IMG/VR virus record: IMGVR_UViG_3300047319_001872
Coordinates: 186,001-250,000 of that record
DNA: 64,000 nt
Reading direction: 5' to 3' (one strand)
Every line of letters starts with the position of its first letter. The first letter of the stretch is position 1. The notes beneath the pieces are model-generated. The model saw only the letters and a list, made by a program, of their open reading frames with translations. It was not told the DNA's origin and did not search any database. Shown piece after piece: positions 1 to 9,184 of the stretch. The position numbers and the translations under genes were made by a program.

Positions 1-264
1 GGGCACGAACTCCCGACCCGTTTGCGGGATCAACTCATCGAGCTCTTGCAGTCGCTCAAAGCTGATCTTCTCCGCCACCGCAATCGCGTCATCCGGGTCC
101 ATCGACATCTCGTAGCGACGTGAGGCTGCATCGAGCACCGACGTCACGGCAATACCGGGACGAAAGGTGGTATAGCCGACCCGCATCGAGTGGGTAATCT
201 TGCCGTCTTTCGCATGTCGTCCAAACACTGGATCGACGTCGTAGACTTTGAGTTGGGAGTTCAT
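1..264 (-). CDS. Hypothetical protein, truncated by the left window edge (MNSQLKVYDVDPVFGRH...)
   Basis: Hand translation: ATG at 264 overlaps the upstream stop (ATGA); the frame is open to position 1. Confidence 0.7.
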   Translation of the reverse strand, partial: MNSQLKVYDVDPVFGRHAKDGKITHSMRVGYTTFRPGIAVTSVLDAASRRYEMSMDPDDAIAVAEKISFERLQELDELIPQTGREFVP

Positions 265-611
265 AACTGACCAAACACCACAAAGAGGTAAAGGACCTTG
301 CAGGCGATGTGTAGTGCCTGGTCGGTGTTATAGGTGATGTACTTCTTGCACTTGCCGTAGTCGATGAACGCGTGCGCCACCAGCTCAATCACCGCACAAT
401 GCAGCGAGCCGGTAAAGAGCAAGACGAATCCGGACTGAATGTACGCATGGGCGAACAGCGCATGTTTCCACACGCCGTTCTGACCCAACGCACTATCGGG
501 ATTCTTCGCTTCACTGAGGTACGGTCCCTGGAGCGGATAATCAGCCACAAAGTGGCCGAAGATCAACAGGTACAGGAGAGTAGTCGCGGAGTGATGGAAG
601 AAGGCGAGCAT
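261..611 (-). CDS. DUF3307-like membrane protein
   Basis: GHFVADYPLQ...HAYIQ...HAFIDYGK...DQALH pattern is typical of DUF3307. Confidence 0.75.
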   Translation of the reverse strand: MLAFFHHSATTLLYLLIFGHFVADYPLQGPYLSEAKNPDSALGQNGVWKHALFAHAYIQSGFVLLFTGSLHCAVIELVAHAFIDYGKCKKYITYNTDQALHIACKVLYLFVVFGQL

Positions 612-1801
612 TACTTTTCCTTCTTCGCTTGACGCTGCAGCTTCAGGTACACCGGCGTGTAGTCCGGGGTTTCAGAAGCGAGTTGCGTCTGCACTTCAGC
701 GACGGTGTCGGCCATCTCAGGCACCTCGGGCAAGGGCGCTGGTTCTTCCGGCACGCTAATATACTGCTGGATCAGCCCGTCGAGCACCAGGTGCGCTTGC
801 TTGAAGACTTCCTGGCGGGTGAATTCGCGCAGGTCACTCCACTGCACACGCATGTTGTACGGTCCAGCCCCATTCACCGACAGCAAGATATTGCGGCTTG
901 CCCACTGGCCCTTCGTGTTCATGAAGGTGAGGATATACTCTTCGACCTGGATGCGAACAAACGAAGACAGGCCGTCATCGTTGCGCACGTAATGCTGGGT
1001 GACGTCCGGGAGCTTCTCTTCGGCATCGAAGACCTGGTCCATCTTCGTGTGCAGCTCAGCGAGGTTCGCCTCGACATCCACAGGCTTCTCAGCCGTGTAG
1101 CCGCTCTTGTTGGCGAGCTTCTCCCACTCGAGAGCAAACGCTTCCAGCACACCAGGGAAGATCGTCTCGCCCGGATCAGCCAACCAGACTTCTTCATGCG
1201 GGTGCCAGTACAGCAACACAGCGCGATGGTCCCGGCGCACGATGTAGCGCGCCTTCAGGCCGTTCTCGAGATCGGCAGCCAGTACCAGCCATTGCGGGCT
1301 CTCGCCCCCCGCTGCGTACGATTCCGGATTCGTACGGTGGATGCCCGAGGGCAGACCCACTTCGATACCAGGGTTGTAAGGTAGCGGCAACTCGATGTCG
1401 TGGTAAGTACCGAAGGCATTCATCGCTGCTTCTTCGAGCCACACCCGGAACGCCTTCGAGCGATCCGCGTCGTCCGTCACCGGCTGGAAGTCAAACTTCT
1501 TCAGCTTGTCTTCGAGCTTGAAAATGCCCATCGAGAAATGACGACTGATGGCCGCATAGTCGCGCAGCTTGTTGGCAATCGGACCGTGGCCCGAGAAGTA
1601 CTTCGCCACGCTCCACTTGTGCTGCGCCATGGCGACGATATGGCTATTCAGCGACTTGGCCAAACTCTCCAACTGCGGTTCGGGCTTCTTCATGCCGCTT
1701 CGCAGAAGCTCGATAAGCTCCAGCGTCACCATCGCCGAGGCACTATGGCCATCTTCTTCGATGGTGCTTTTGAGTTGTCCCACCATTTCGCTGTAAGTCA
1801 T
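611..1801 (-). CDS. Hypothetical protein (396 aa)
   Basis: Long ORF with coupled start/stop and phage-like codon use. Confidence 0.8.
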   Translation of the reverse strand: MTYSEMVGQLKSTIEEDGHSASAMVTLELIELLRSGMKKPEPQLESLAKSLNSHIVAMAQHKWSVAKYFSGHGPIANKLRDYAAISRHFSMGIFKLEDKLKKFDFQPVTDDADRSKAFRVWLEEAAMNAFGTYHDIELPLPYNPGIEVGLPSGIHRTNPESYAAGGESPQWLVLAADLENGLKARYIVRRDHRAVLLYWHPHEEVWLADPGETIFPGVLEAFALEWEKLANKSGYTAEKPVDVEANLAELHTKMDQVFDAEEKLPDVTQHYVRNDDGLSSFVRIQVEEYILTFMNTKGQWASRNILLSVNGAGPYNMRVQWSDLREFTRQEVFKQAHLVLDGLIQQYISVPEEPAPLPEVPEMADTVAEVQTQLASETPDYTPVYLKLQRQAKKEK

Positions 1802-1830
1802 GGTAATGCCAAAAAAAGTCGTGGTCTTGT

Positions 1831-1852
1831 CCCAGGGACCGTAGCCCCTGGG
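1831..1852 (-). terminator. Hairpin CCCAGGG-N8-CCCTGGG, with an A7 run at 1811-1817
   Basis: Inverted repeat in an intergenic gap; T-run is 13 nt downstream on the minus strand. Confidence 0.4.
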
Positions 1853-1858
1853 TACGTG

Positions 1859-2188
1859 TTATTGCTCGCGCTTCAGCTTCATTTCCGTCTTGAAGGCGAT
1901 GTGCTGCAACTGATCAATCGGGAACGCTTTGGTCACAACCTTCTTGACCACGTCCGGATCAGTGAAGAGGTACGCACCCTTATCGAGCAGGATACGCTTG
2001 CGACGTAAGTCCACTCGGGGTTTCGCATCCGCGGTCGAGAGCGGCTGGTTCGGCACGAGATCGATCGTGACTTTCAGGCCGAGCTCATCAGCGAGCTCCA
2101 ACAGTTCGCGGGCTTTGGTGCGCACCGCCGTCTCAGCGAAAGCATCGGCTTCCTCTTGAGAAAGCACTTTACTCAAAAGCTTCGTCAC
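1859..2188 (-). CDS. Hypothetical protein (109 aa)
   Basis: ORF tiles with neighbours; RBS-like GGGG upstream. Confidence 0.75.
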   Translation of the reverse strand: MTKLLSKVLSQEEADAFAETAVRTKARELLELADELGLKVTIDLVPNQPLSTADAKPRVDLRRKRILLDKGAYLFTDPDVVKKVVTKAFPIDQLQHIAFKTEMKLKREQ

Positions 2189-2191
2189 TTC

Positions 2192-2554
2192 TTATCCCCG
2201 TCTGATGGTGTACTTCACGCGACGCTTGGCTTGACGCTTGAATTGACGACGCCCGTCCATGGCGGTGAGCTTGCGAGCGCGGGGTCCTGCCATGGCGTTC
2301 AGATACAGAAACGCCAAATAGTAGACCGCATCTTCTCCGGTGGTGCCAACGAGTCCCGGAATATCCTGGCTGTAGTAATGCGCCGCATCGAGCGTACGAC
2401 GACAGTCGCGCTGGTACGCATCCAGGAAGACCGTGAGGTCGTTGTTGCGGGCACGCAGCTCGAGGTTCTCAGCAAGCAGCTTATTGAGGCTGCCTTCGAG
2501 GTCTGCCACGATACGTTCGTGGTCGAGCCTGCTCATCGACTCATGGTAGGGCAT
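2192..2554 (-). CDS. Hypothetical protein with N-terminal coiled coil
   Basis: ORF tiling; heptad-like LNKLLAENLELRARNNDL. Confidence 0.75.
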   Translation of the reverse strand: MPYHESMSRLDHERIVADLEGSLNKLLAENLELRARNNDLTVFLDAYQRDCRRTLDAAHYYSQDIPGLVGTTGEDAVYYLAFLYLNAMAGPRARKLTAMDGRRQFKRQAKRRVKYTIRRG

Positions 2555-2558
2555 GACG

Positions 2559-2744
2559 TTATTCCTGCTCTTCTTTGTCCGCGTGTTCTTGCGCGTTCAC
2601 GGCAATCAGCATCTGTTGCGCGGCGTTAAACGACGCCCAGACCTTCTGAAGCCCCTCGTTGATGTAGTTCTTCCAGTCCCCACGCTGCGTCGTGCTGTCC
2701 CACTGCGGGCTGGTGTAGTCCTTCGGTACTGCTACTGCCGTCAT
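2559..2744 (-). CDS. Small hypothetical phage protein (61 aa)
   Basis: GGAG RBS upstream of ATG; W..WKNYI..W pattern recalled from small phage proteins. Confidence 0.65.
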   Translation of the reverse strand: MTAVAVPKDYTSPQWDSTTQRGDWKNYINEGLQKVWASFNAAQQMLIAVNAQEHADKEEQE

Positions 2745-3309
2745 GCTTGTTCTCCCACGGGGGTGTCACCCAAACGTCTTCACTGAAGAGTTCGGGCGGA
2801 GTAAATTGTTTATCGAGCAACTGATTGGCCGCGGCGGCGATCAGTGCTGCTTCTTTCCGGTCGACGTAACGTCCCCAATTCGTGAGAAAGCCCTGGTCTC
2901 GGTGATACGCGTGCGGCACCTTCAGCATGTCCATGGCCCAGAGGACATGATGATGGCGTCCAGGCGCCTCGACTGCCCAGATCTGACCCGTACCGTAGTG
3001 CAGCACCGCGGAACCCAGGATGCGCTCTTCGTCGTACAGGTCCGCGCGATGTTCCTTGAACTCGTCCGGACTACCAATCAAACATTCCAGACCAGGAGAA
3101 GCCCCGTCGTGATCTGGAACCTTGACAGCACGGGGCGGTTCGGGTAGAACGAACCACCGCTTGAGCTTCTCATCGGAGAGAAGACTGAGCAGCGCCATGC
3201 CAGCCAAGAAGGTGAGGAGATGGCTCGGATGCGACGCCCGCGCACTGACCAACATCCACACAGTTGCAACTACTACTGCTACACGAAACCACACAAAGAA
3301 GCCAAACAT
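2626..3309 (-). CDS. Hypothetical protein with two N-terminal TM segments (likely start 3309, MFGFF)
   Basis: RBS GGGGA before ATG 3309; hydrophobic N-terminus; C-terminal GRHHH...QGFLTNWGRYVDRKEA segment. Confidence 0.7.
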   Translation of the reverse strand: MFGFFVWFRVAVVVATVWMLVSARASHPSHLLTFLAGMALLSLLSDEKLKRWFVLPEPPRAVKVPDHDGASPGLECLIGSPDEFKEHRADLYDEERILGSAVLHYGTGQIWAVEAPGRHHHVLWAMDMLKVPHAYHRDQGFLTNWGRYVDRKEAALIAAAANQLLDKQFTPPELFSEDVWVTPPWENKHDGSSSTEGLHQPAVGQHDAAWGLEELHQRGASEGLGVV

Positions 3310-3331
3310 CTTGTTATCCCCGAGAAGATGC

Positions 3332-3979
3332 TTATTCAATTACTACCATGAGTTGTCCGCTTCGGTATAGACGGCGGACTAGCGTCGGTGGGTTGGGATC
3401 AGGTTTATTTTCTTGGGCAGGCTTCTTCGCCTTACGGCGTTTTCCGTGCGTCGCTTTAATCCCCTTTCTTATTTGGTCGACGTCAATGGGTGGTGCAATC
3501 TCATTCAGGTTGGCGTAATCTACGCCCGACAGTACTCGTGAGACGCCTGAAACGGACCCCCCGAATAGTTCAGCCATCTGCGCCAGTGTGGCCTCCGGAT
3601 ACGCTCGTTTGTATTGGCGCATCTCGATCACTTTAGCAGGACTGAACGCATTGTGCTCGCGCCGCTGGATAGCGAACTGATGACTACGCACCAGGCAGTT
3701 GCCCGGTCCGAAGTTCTTCGACTGATCATCAAGCACGACTGCGTACTTCTCAGGATTACCCTGTTCTTGCAATTTCTCAGTCAGCCAGTTGAGGAAGTTC
3801 TGCAGCCCGAGATTGTTATCCCGATGCCAGTCCCACTCAACGATAATTCCCCTCGCACCGTAGCGCTTGTAGCTTTGGTTCTCTTCACGGTAGCACTTGG
3901 CGTGAATCCCCATCCAGCGCCAGTACAGTCGGTCTCGTGACATGCCGTGCGTATTACGTGCCCCGTGATTAGCGGCCAT
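3332..3979 (-). CDS. HNH homing-endonuclease-related protein (degenerate) with C-terminal HTH
   Basis: THGMSRDRLYWRWMGIHAKCY...YKRYGARGI matches the phage HNH N-terminal motif; NFGPGNC; LAQMAELFGGSVSGVSRVL helix-turn-helix. Confidence 0.7.
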   Translation of the reverse strand: MAANHGARNTHGMSRDRLYWRWMGIHAKCYREENQSYKRYGARGIIVEWDWHRDNNLGLQNFLNWLTEKLQEQGNPEKYAVVLDDQSKNFGPGNCLVRSHQFAIQRREHNAFSPAKVIEMRQYKRAYPEATLAQMAELFGGSVSGVSRVLSGVDYANLNEIAPPIDVDQIRKGIKATHGKRRKAKKPAQENKPDPNPPTLVRRLYRSGQLMVVIE

Positions 3980-4215
3980 GGTTTCTTGTCAGTTATAAGG
4001 GTCGTACTGTTCTACAAAATGCCGTGTCTGGATAGAATTTACTAGACATGACTCATCTATTCCCTAACGGAACAACGGCATAAATAGATTTTCTAGCGAA
4101 AGCAGGAGACGGCCTGACAAGGCAGTCCCTGCTCACGCTAAAAAGCCCAGTCGTCTGTCGAACTCCTACAAACGCCGTGCATGTTCCTCACAGAATGTGG
4201 TATCTGAGAGGAGGG

Positions 4216-4539
4216 TTAATTGACCGCAATATCCGTGAGTTCGTTACGCTCGCGCCAGCCTTTGATAAAGCTCTGGCGTTGCTTTTCGAGCGCCTGTTTC
4301 AGCGTGTCACACTCCATGTACTTCACGAAGAAGTCACGCCCTTTGTAGGTAAGTGCGGTGAAGCCGTCTTCACCCTTGACGACCACCCGGATCGCCATAC
4401 CGTGTTCGATCAGGTCATTGCGACCAGATTTCGAGGGCACGTCACCGTCCCAACACGGACCGTCTTTGGCCAGTGCGAGGAGAGTGTCAAAGCAGAACCC
4501 ATCACGGTTCTCGCTGCTCTTCGGTTGTTCAAATGCCAT
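4216..4539 (-). CDS. Hypothetical protein (107 aa)
   Basis: ORF tiling; RBS AAAGGGG. Confidence 0.75.
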   Translation of the reverse strand: MAFEQPKSSENRDGFCFDTLLALAKDGPCWDGDVPSKSGRNDLIEHGMAIRVVVKGEDGFTALTYKGRDFFVKYMECDTLKQALEKQRQSFIKGWRERNELTDIAVN

Positions 4540-4541
4540 GC

Positions 4542-4790
4542 CTACCCCTTTGAATTAAGTTCGGTAATCACTGCGTAGAGAAACGTCACGACAAGAAAGG
4601 AAGCGCCGAACACCCACCAGGTTCGGCGGCGCAGTTGCTGCGCATACATCGCATAGCGACGATAGCTGATCCTACCCTGAGAGCGACGCGACCGTAAAGC
4701 CAACCAACACCAGAGGCAATACAATACAAGGAAAAACACAAACGTAAACCAGAGACTGCCGATCTGCACCAACACGTCATGCCGATACAT
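4542..4790 (-). CDS. Small membrane protein (2 TM)
   Basis: RBS GGAGGGG; two hydrophobic segments. Confidence 0.7.
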   Translation of the reverse strand: MYRHDVLVQIGSLWFTFVFFLVLYCLWCWLALRSRRSQGRISYRRYAMYAQQLRRRTWWVFGASFLVVTFLYAVITELNSKG

Positions 4791-4826
4791 TGCCCCTCCT
4801 GGTCTGAAGAAGGTGTCACCTCGTGG

Positions 4827-4967
4827 CTACCGCAGCAACGAGCCGAGACCCGTCATGGTAAAACGAAAGAAAAGCGTGACTGCCTCGACCACTTCCCACC
4901 CTACTACACCGATCGCAGTGAGGCCCGCGAGGACCATCACTGCGCTTATGCCGATAACCTTCAGCAT
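4827..4967 (-). CDS. Small membrane protein (46 aa, MLKVIGISAVMVLAG...), not in the ORF track
   Basis: Hand translation; ATG overlaps the upstream stop (TGATG); fills the gap. Confidence 0.55.
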   Translation of the reverse strand: MLKVIGISAVMVLAGLTAIGVVGWEVVEAVTLFFRFTMTGLGSLLR

Positions 4968-5908
4968 CAGGTCAAAGCGTACGGGTTGGCGCATTGCAGG
5001 CGGACACCGTCGAGCAGCGCCTGCGCTTCTGCCAGCACCGCGGGATTACGTACGTACGTCCCATCCAGCGTCGCCGTGACGCATTGGTTACCGAAGGGAT
5101 AGCCACCAACGTCACGCGCCGATAACAGACCCGTATAATGCACGGGCCGCAGGTTCATGCCCTTCCAGGCAGCGAGCACCCTGGTGTGAGTCGCATCGGT
5201 TTCGAAGAAGACGACGTCGATCGTCACGTCTTGCAGCGAGATCTTCGCCTTGTACGAGCGGTTATCGCGCGCCTGTTCTTCGTCAAGCAGGTAGTCGTTG
5301 TATCGATCACCCCAGTGATGCATGGTGGTGTCGATCACCCGATCCTGGCGCTCCAGCCAGGTGAAGTCGGCCACTGAGGCAGTGGCCATCACCCGCGTTT
5401 GCGTCTTCGAGAGTTCGCCAATCTTGAAGCCCGTGCGCAGACCCTTGATCTTGATGGGGTGCAGCTCGACGAGGGCCTTTAGCGACTCATTGAAGTTCGG
5501 CTCGAAAAGCGATTCGCGCGTACCGCGCACCAGCACCGCAATGATGTTGCGACCCTGGTAGACATTGTTGGTGATATGGCCGCCATCGCCTTCAGCGCCG
5601 ACTTCGGAAGTGCTGAATGCTTCAGCAATGCGACCTGGCTGGGTTTCCGGTTGTTTCTCGGTATCCGCATTGCCCGCTGTAACCGGGCCTTCATTGCCGA
5701 TACCCGGTACCCCGCCCATGATGTCGTCTTCCGGCGGGGGTGGATTGTCGATGCTCTCAGCGAGCTTAGCAGCGCCACCCAGACGCGCTTCGACGTCACG
5801 ACCATTACCTGCCCCAGCGAGCAGCGACGAGACCTCCAGGTGGTCCTGATTGCCGTCCTGATACTGCTTGTGGTTGTTGCTGTGCTTCTTACGCGATCCT
5901 GCTGACAT
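4967..5908 (-). CDS. Hypothetical protein, paralog of 6210..6962, with disordered N-terminus
   Basis: Shares RN(I/L)IAV, ELHP, TGF, HW..xYNxY and TIDVxF motifs with 6210..6962. Confidence 0.8.
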   Translation of the reverse strand: MSAGSRKKHSNNHKQYQDGNQDHLEVSSLLAGAGNGRDVEARLGGAAKLAESIDNPPPPEDDIMGGVPGIGNEGPVTAGNADTEKQPETQPGRIAEAFSTSEVGAEGDGGHITNNVYQGRNIIAVLVRGTRESLFEPNFNESLKALVELHPIKIKGLRTGFKIGELSKTQTRVMATASVADFTWLERQDRVIDTTMHHWGDRYNDYLLDEEQARDNRSYKAKISLQDVTIDVVFFETDATHTRVLAAWKGMNLRPVHYTGLLSARDVGGYPFGNQCVTATLDGTYVRNPAVLAEAQALLDGVRLQCANPYALT

Positions 5909-6209
5909 CAGAACCTCTTGTTGTGTTAAGTTGATTTAAACCATACATGCGCATGTCGGCTAATTCGAGCCCCACGAGCGTGGCGATGTAGAGCGAGATA
6001 CCGGCCTCGACGCTGTCGTACTCCCACGGCTCGTCGACCAATTGTTCGGTCCGAATGACCATGTCACCGGCACTCACTGCCCACGTGACGATGTCGCCTG
6101 CGTCCGTCATGATGACGACGTGCACCGGCTCGTTACCGTACAGGAACATCGACCAACCTTCCGGTAGCGTGTACGTGAAGTTAAGACGCTGGCGACGATA
6201 CATGTTCAT
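5889..6209 (-). CDS. Hypothetical protein (106 aa)
   Basis: ORF tiling. Confidence 0.7.
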   Translation of the reverse strand: MNMYRRQRLNFTYTLPEGWSMFLYGNEPVHVVIMTDAGDIVTWAVSAGDMVIRTEQLVDEPWEYDSVEAGISLYIATLVGLELADMRMYGLNQLNTTRGSDVSRIA

Positions 6210-6962
6210 TTAGCCCGCCTGGACTTCCGGACCAGCGTCTGGCGCAATGGCGGTGACGAACTCTTGTCGTGCGTGGGGATTCATGCCCTCAAGAGCGATT
6301 CCGTTCAAGATGCGCTGGGCATGATCGATCACGCGGTCGCCGTCTTCGTACGATTCGTAACCGAGCGTGAATTCGCACACGGTGCCCTTGATGCGTCGAT
6401 GCACGCGAAAGCCGTGGAAATTGAACACCGGTGACGCACGCATCAGATCGCGCTTGGACTGCAGGCCCGCGTATTCTTCCGGAAACATCTGGAACATGTG
6501 CCATGCCATTACCACCTTAGTGCAAGTGGGGTCAGGCTCGATAAACATCACGTCGATCGTGCACTGCTCTTTGGTCGGGCGCTGTTTGCCCTCGATCGGG
6601 TGCGCGGTATGCTGGTAGCAGTTGTAATCCCGCCGCCAGTGCGTGAGCAGGCGATCGACGGGCCGACCATACTTCTCGTTGACCTTAAAGCGCGGGTCTG
6701 GCATGAAGAAACCATCTTCACTGAAGCCAGTCCAGAAGCCATCGATCGAATACGGATGGAGTTCCAGCATCGCCTTGATCATGCCTGCGTACAGCTCGCC
6801 GTTTTCTTGGTCGGTCGACACGTTACGCGTCACTACCGCAATCAGATTCCGTCCCACATAGGACTGATTGCTGATCCATTCCGACAGATCGGGCTGATAG
6901 CTGCTGTCTGCTGGCACGCTTTTGAAACCAGGCGGTAGATCTTTAAGAATTAGTTTTACCAT
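6210..6962 (-). CDS. Hypothetical protein, paralog of 4967..5908
   Basis: Shared motifs with 4967..5908. Confidence 0.8.
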   Translation of the reverse strand: MVKLILKDLPPGFKSVPADSSYQPDLSEWISNQSYVGRNLIAVVTRNVSTDQENGELYAGMIKAMLELHPYSIDGFWTGFSEDGFFMPDPRFKVNEKYGRPVDRLLTHWRRDYNCYQHTAHPIEGKQRPTKEQCTIDVMFIEPDPTCTKVVMAWHMFQMFPEEYAGLQSKRDLMRASPVFNFHGFRVHRRIKGTVCEFTLGYESYEDGDRVIDHAQRILNGIALEGMNPHARQEFVTAIAPDAGPEVQAG

Positions 6963-6965
6963 TGC

Positions 6966-7769
6966 TTACCCCAATAACGCGCGCGGCTTCATGTGGCCGA
7001 GCAGTTCTTCCATGCCGCCCTTGATCGAATGGATCGCAGGCATGTCGACCGCAATGAGCTCATTACGTGTGACAATCCCTTGATGCAGGTGACGGTGCTG
7101 CTCGGGGATCTTGTTCAGTTCCTCAGCCGTCAGCAAACGATGCACCGCCGTGCGGCGCGCGTACGTGCCGCGCTTAAAGAAGGCCGGGTAGTCGTTGTAG
7201 TTGATGCCCTTCTGGAAGAGCATCTCGTTCAAGTCCGACCAGCCCTTCTTGTGCAGCTGCTTGTGGCTATACTGCGACTGCGCCGCCATCTGGATGCTGT
7301 TGGTGGTCGCATCCGATTCGCGCCACAGGAACATGTTGAAGACTTCTGCCATGTTCGGCAATTGCCAGACCCGGCAGTCGAACTCCGGATCGATGTGGGC
7401 TTTCTCTGGCAGGTGCTGATTCATGTGGCGGATGAACTTGCCCGTGACCGACGAAGCAAATGCCCCGATCAATTTCTGCACGCGGCCGTCGTAAGGCATC
7501 AAAGCAAACGGATCGTCGTTCTTCAGGAAGATCGTGATTTCATCGCTTTGCGTATAGCCCAACGTAGCGTGCCAGCGCTCTACCAGGCCCTTGGTGGTCT
7601 CGATCATGCAGGTCGATAGCCGCTCGTCGTACGGGCGCTTCAAACCCCGTGTGAATGTACTGAAAGCGATCCCGTCCATGCGGATGACAATCGGCAGCAA
7701 CGGCATCAGACGACGATCGTCCGAGAGCTCGTAGCGCTTCATGCGATCGCCGAGTTTGTCCTTTCTCAT
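6966..7769 (-). CDS. thg1: tRNA(His) guanylyltransferase Thg1 / Thg1-like protein
   Basis: LGDRMKxYE, IRMDGIAFSTFT, YTQSDEIT and FDCRV motifs; RBS AAGGA before ATG 7769 (the track's 60-aa extension overlaps the upstream gene). Confidence 0.92.
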   Translation of the reverse strand: MRKDKLGDRMKRYELSDDRRLMPLLPIVIRMDGIAFSTFTRGLKRPYDERLSTCMIETTKGLVERWHATLGYTQSDEITIFLKNDDPFALMPYDGRVQKLIGAFASSVTGKFIRHMNQHLPEKAHIDPEFDCRVWQLPNMAEVFNMFLWRESDATTNSIQMAAQSQYSHKQLHKKGWSDLNEMLFQKGINYNDYPAFFKRGTYARRTAVHRLLTAEELNKIPEQHRHLHQGIVTRNELIAVDMPAIHSIKGGMEELLGHMKPRALLG

Positions 7770-7780
7770 TATTCTATCCT

Positions 7781-8044
7781 TCAACCCGGTCGGGTTTCTT
7801 CTTTGACCTCGTACTTGACCATCTTCATGTAGCGATCTTGACGAACGTCTAGCATCATGAACGCTGTTTTGTACGAGATGTCCGCGATGTCTGCTGACGT
7901 GAGATTCGTACCACGGGAGATATAGCCTTCCATAGCCCGCATCGCGCACGCATCTACGTAAGCGGCTTCCTCATCCGTGAGCGCGCGGTTCTGTGCCGGA
8001 TGCCAGAGCACTTTTGCGTAGGCCATGTCAGTCCTTATCGACAA
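7781..8044 (-). CDS. Hypothetical protein (87 aa)
   Basis: ORF tiling. Confidence 0.7.
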   Translation of the reverse strand: MSIRTDMAYAKVLWHPAQNRALTDEEAAYVDACAMRAMEGYISRGTNLTSADIADISYKTAFMMLDVRQDRYMKMVKYEVKEETRPG

Positions 8045-8300
8045 ACGTCTTCAGAAAGCTCGGTGAAAGCACCGCCACCGAACCACACCAGACAGGCTTA
8101 TCTCCGGCGTCTTCTGCAGAGACCGCGAGCGGATGCATATAGAGCTTTCCAAATCCATGCTCGTCCCGACTGAGCGTGAAATTGACATCAACGTTTGCTT
8201 GCATGACGGGCTTCAAGAACCCCAGCAAACCGATGACCTCTATCTCGCGCTCACGCAAGAACGCGAGTTCTTCTTCTAGGCTTTTCTCGGACATGCTCAC
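8028..8300 (-). CDS. Hypothetical protein (90 aa)
   Basis: Start coupled to the thyA stop. Confidence 0.7.
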   Translation of the reverse strand: MSMSEKSLEEELAFLREREIEVIGLLGFLKPVMQANVDVNFTLSRDEHGFGKLYMHPLAVSAEDAGDKPVWCGSVAVLSPSFLKTFVDKD

Positions 8301-9184
8301 ACCGCAAATGGATAGTTGATCGCCGGATGGTATTCCGGATACGTGACCTTGAAATCGTCGACCGTCACCCAGGTTTCCAGATCTTCCAGCGTCTTGATGT
8401 CTGGGTTGATGTCAATCGTCGGCTCAGCCAAAATCGACCGGCTCAACTGCACAGGCACCAAGTCCAGCTGGTTGCCGTAGATGTGCGAGTTCACATTACG
8501 GTGATACGCGTACTTCGGGTTCTTGCCCGTAATCTGCGCCATCAGTCGCAGGAACAACCAGACCTGCACCATGTTCGCCACGGTGCCGAGCGGCCAGTCT
8601 GAAGAGCGCTGGGTCGAATTCAGATACAGGTCGTCACCCAACAGCGAGAACTGATGTTCGTACATGCACGGCCGCAGGCAGCCCAAGTGGAACATACCCG
8701 GATTCCAGAACGTGATGATTTCGCCCCGATCATCGACGCCCTTCTTCAGGTTGTTGTAGACCTTGCGGAACAGATCGAGTGTGGTGTTCGACTCACCACC
8801 ATCCGGCGTGTAAAACTCAGTGACAGGCCAGTTCTTGGCGACTGCCCCGTAGATCAGGCCGAGGTCGTCTTCACCTTGACGGTTGGGGTTCTTCAGCCAT
8901 GCCGTATTTTCGTTGGCGTTGGCGTCCCACGACTTGGTGCCGAGCTCGCGCATCTGTGCGGCGGACGTGACACCCTTGATGTAACCGAGCAGCTCAGCGA
9001 TCGGGAGTTTCACCGGTGCTTTACGCGTGGTGACGATCGGTGCCTTGTTGCTGGTCGCGTCGTACGTGAGGTCGACATTGATCACCGTCCGACAGACGAT
9101 CCCGGTGCGTTCGTTCTTGAGATCGACGCCTTCGTCATGGATGCGGCGCAGGCCGTTCAGGTATTGTTGTTCAGCACGCAGCAT
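8297..9184 (-). CDS. thyA: Thymidylate synthase (ThyA type)
   Basis: [15 protein letters not shown] catalytic Cys, [13 protein letters not shown] motifs. Confidence 0.95.
   Translation of the reverse strand: MLRAEQQYLNGLRRIHDEGVDLKNERTGIVCRTVINVDLTYDATSNKAPIVTTRKAPVKLPIAELLGYIKGVTSAAQMRELGTKSWDANANENTAWLKNPNRQGEDDLGLIYGAVAKNWPVTEFYTPDGGESNTTLDLFRKVYNNLKKGVDDRGEIITFWNPGMFHLGCLRPCMYEHQFSLLGDDLYLNSTQRSSDWPLGTVANMVQVWLFLRLMAQITGKNPKYAYHRNVNSHIYGNQLDLVPVQLSRSILAEPTIDINPDIKTLEDLETWVTVDDFKVTYPEYHPAINYPFAV

Noticed and set aside
3332-3979. Calling the HNH gene an active mobile element
   Set aside because: There are no flanking intron or target-gene signs and the catalytic motif looks degenerate. 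It is kept as a CDS.
7770-7949. N-terminal extensions given by the ORF track (Thg1; also 15808-15927, 26835-27008, 30243-30320)
   Set aside because: They overlap upstream genes or terminators, and better RBS-ATG pairs lie downstream.
8297-9184. Intron in thyA, or a modified-base synthase (dCMP/dUMP hydroxymethylase)
   Set aside because: The frame is continuous at normal length, and the dUMP-specifying Asn after the RSxD motif (GTVAN) is retained.
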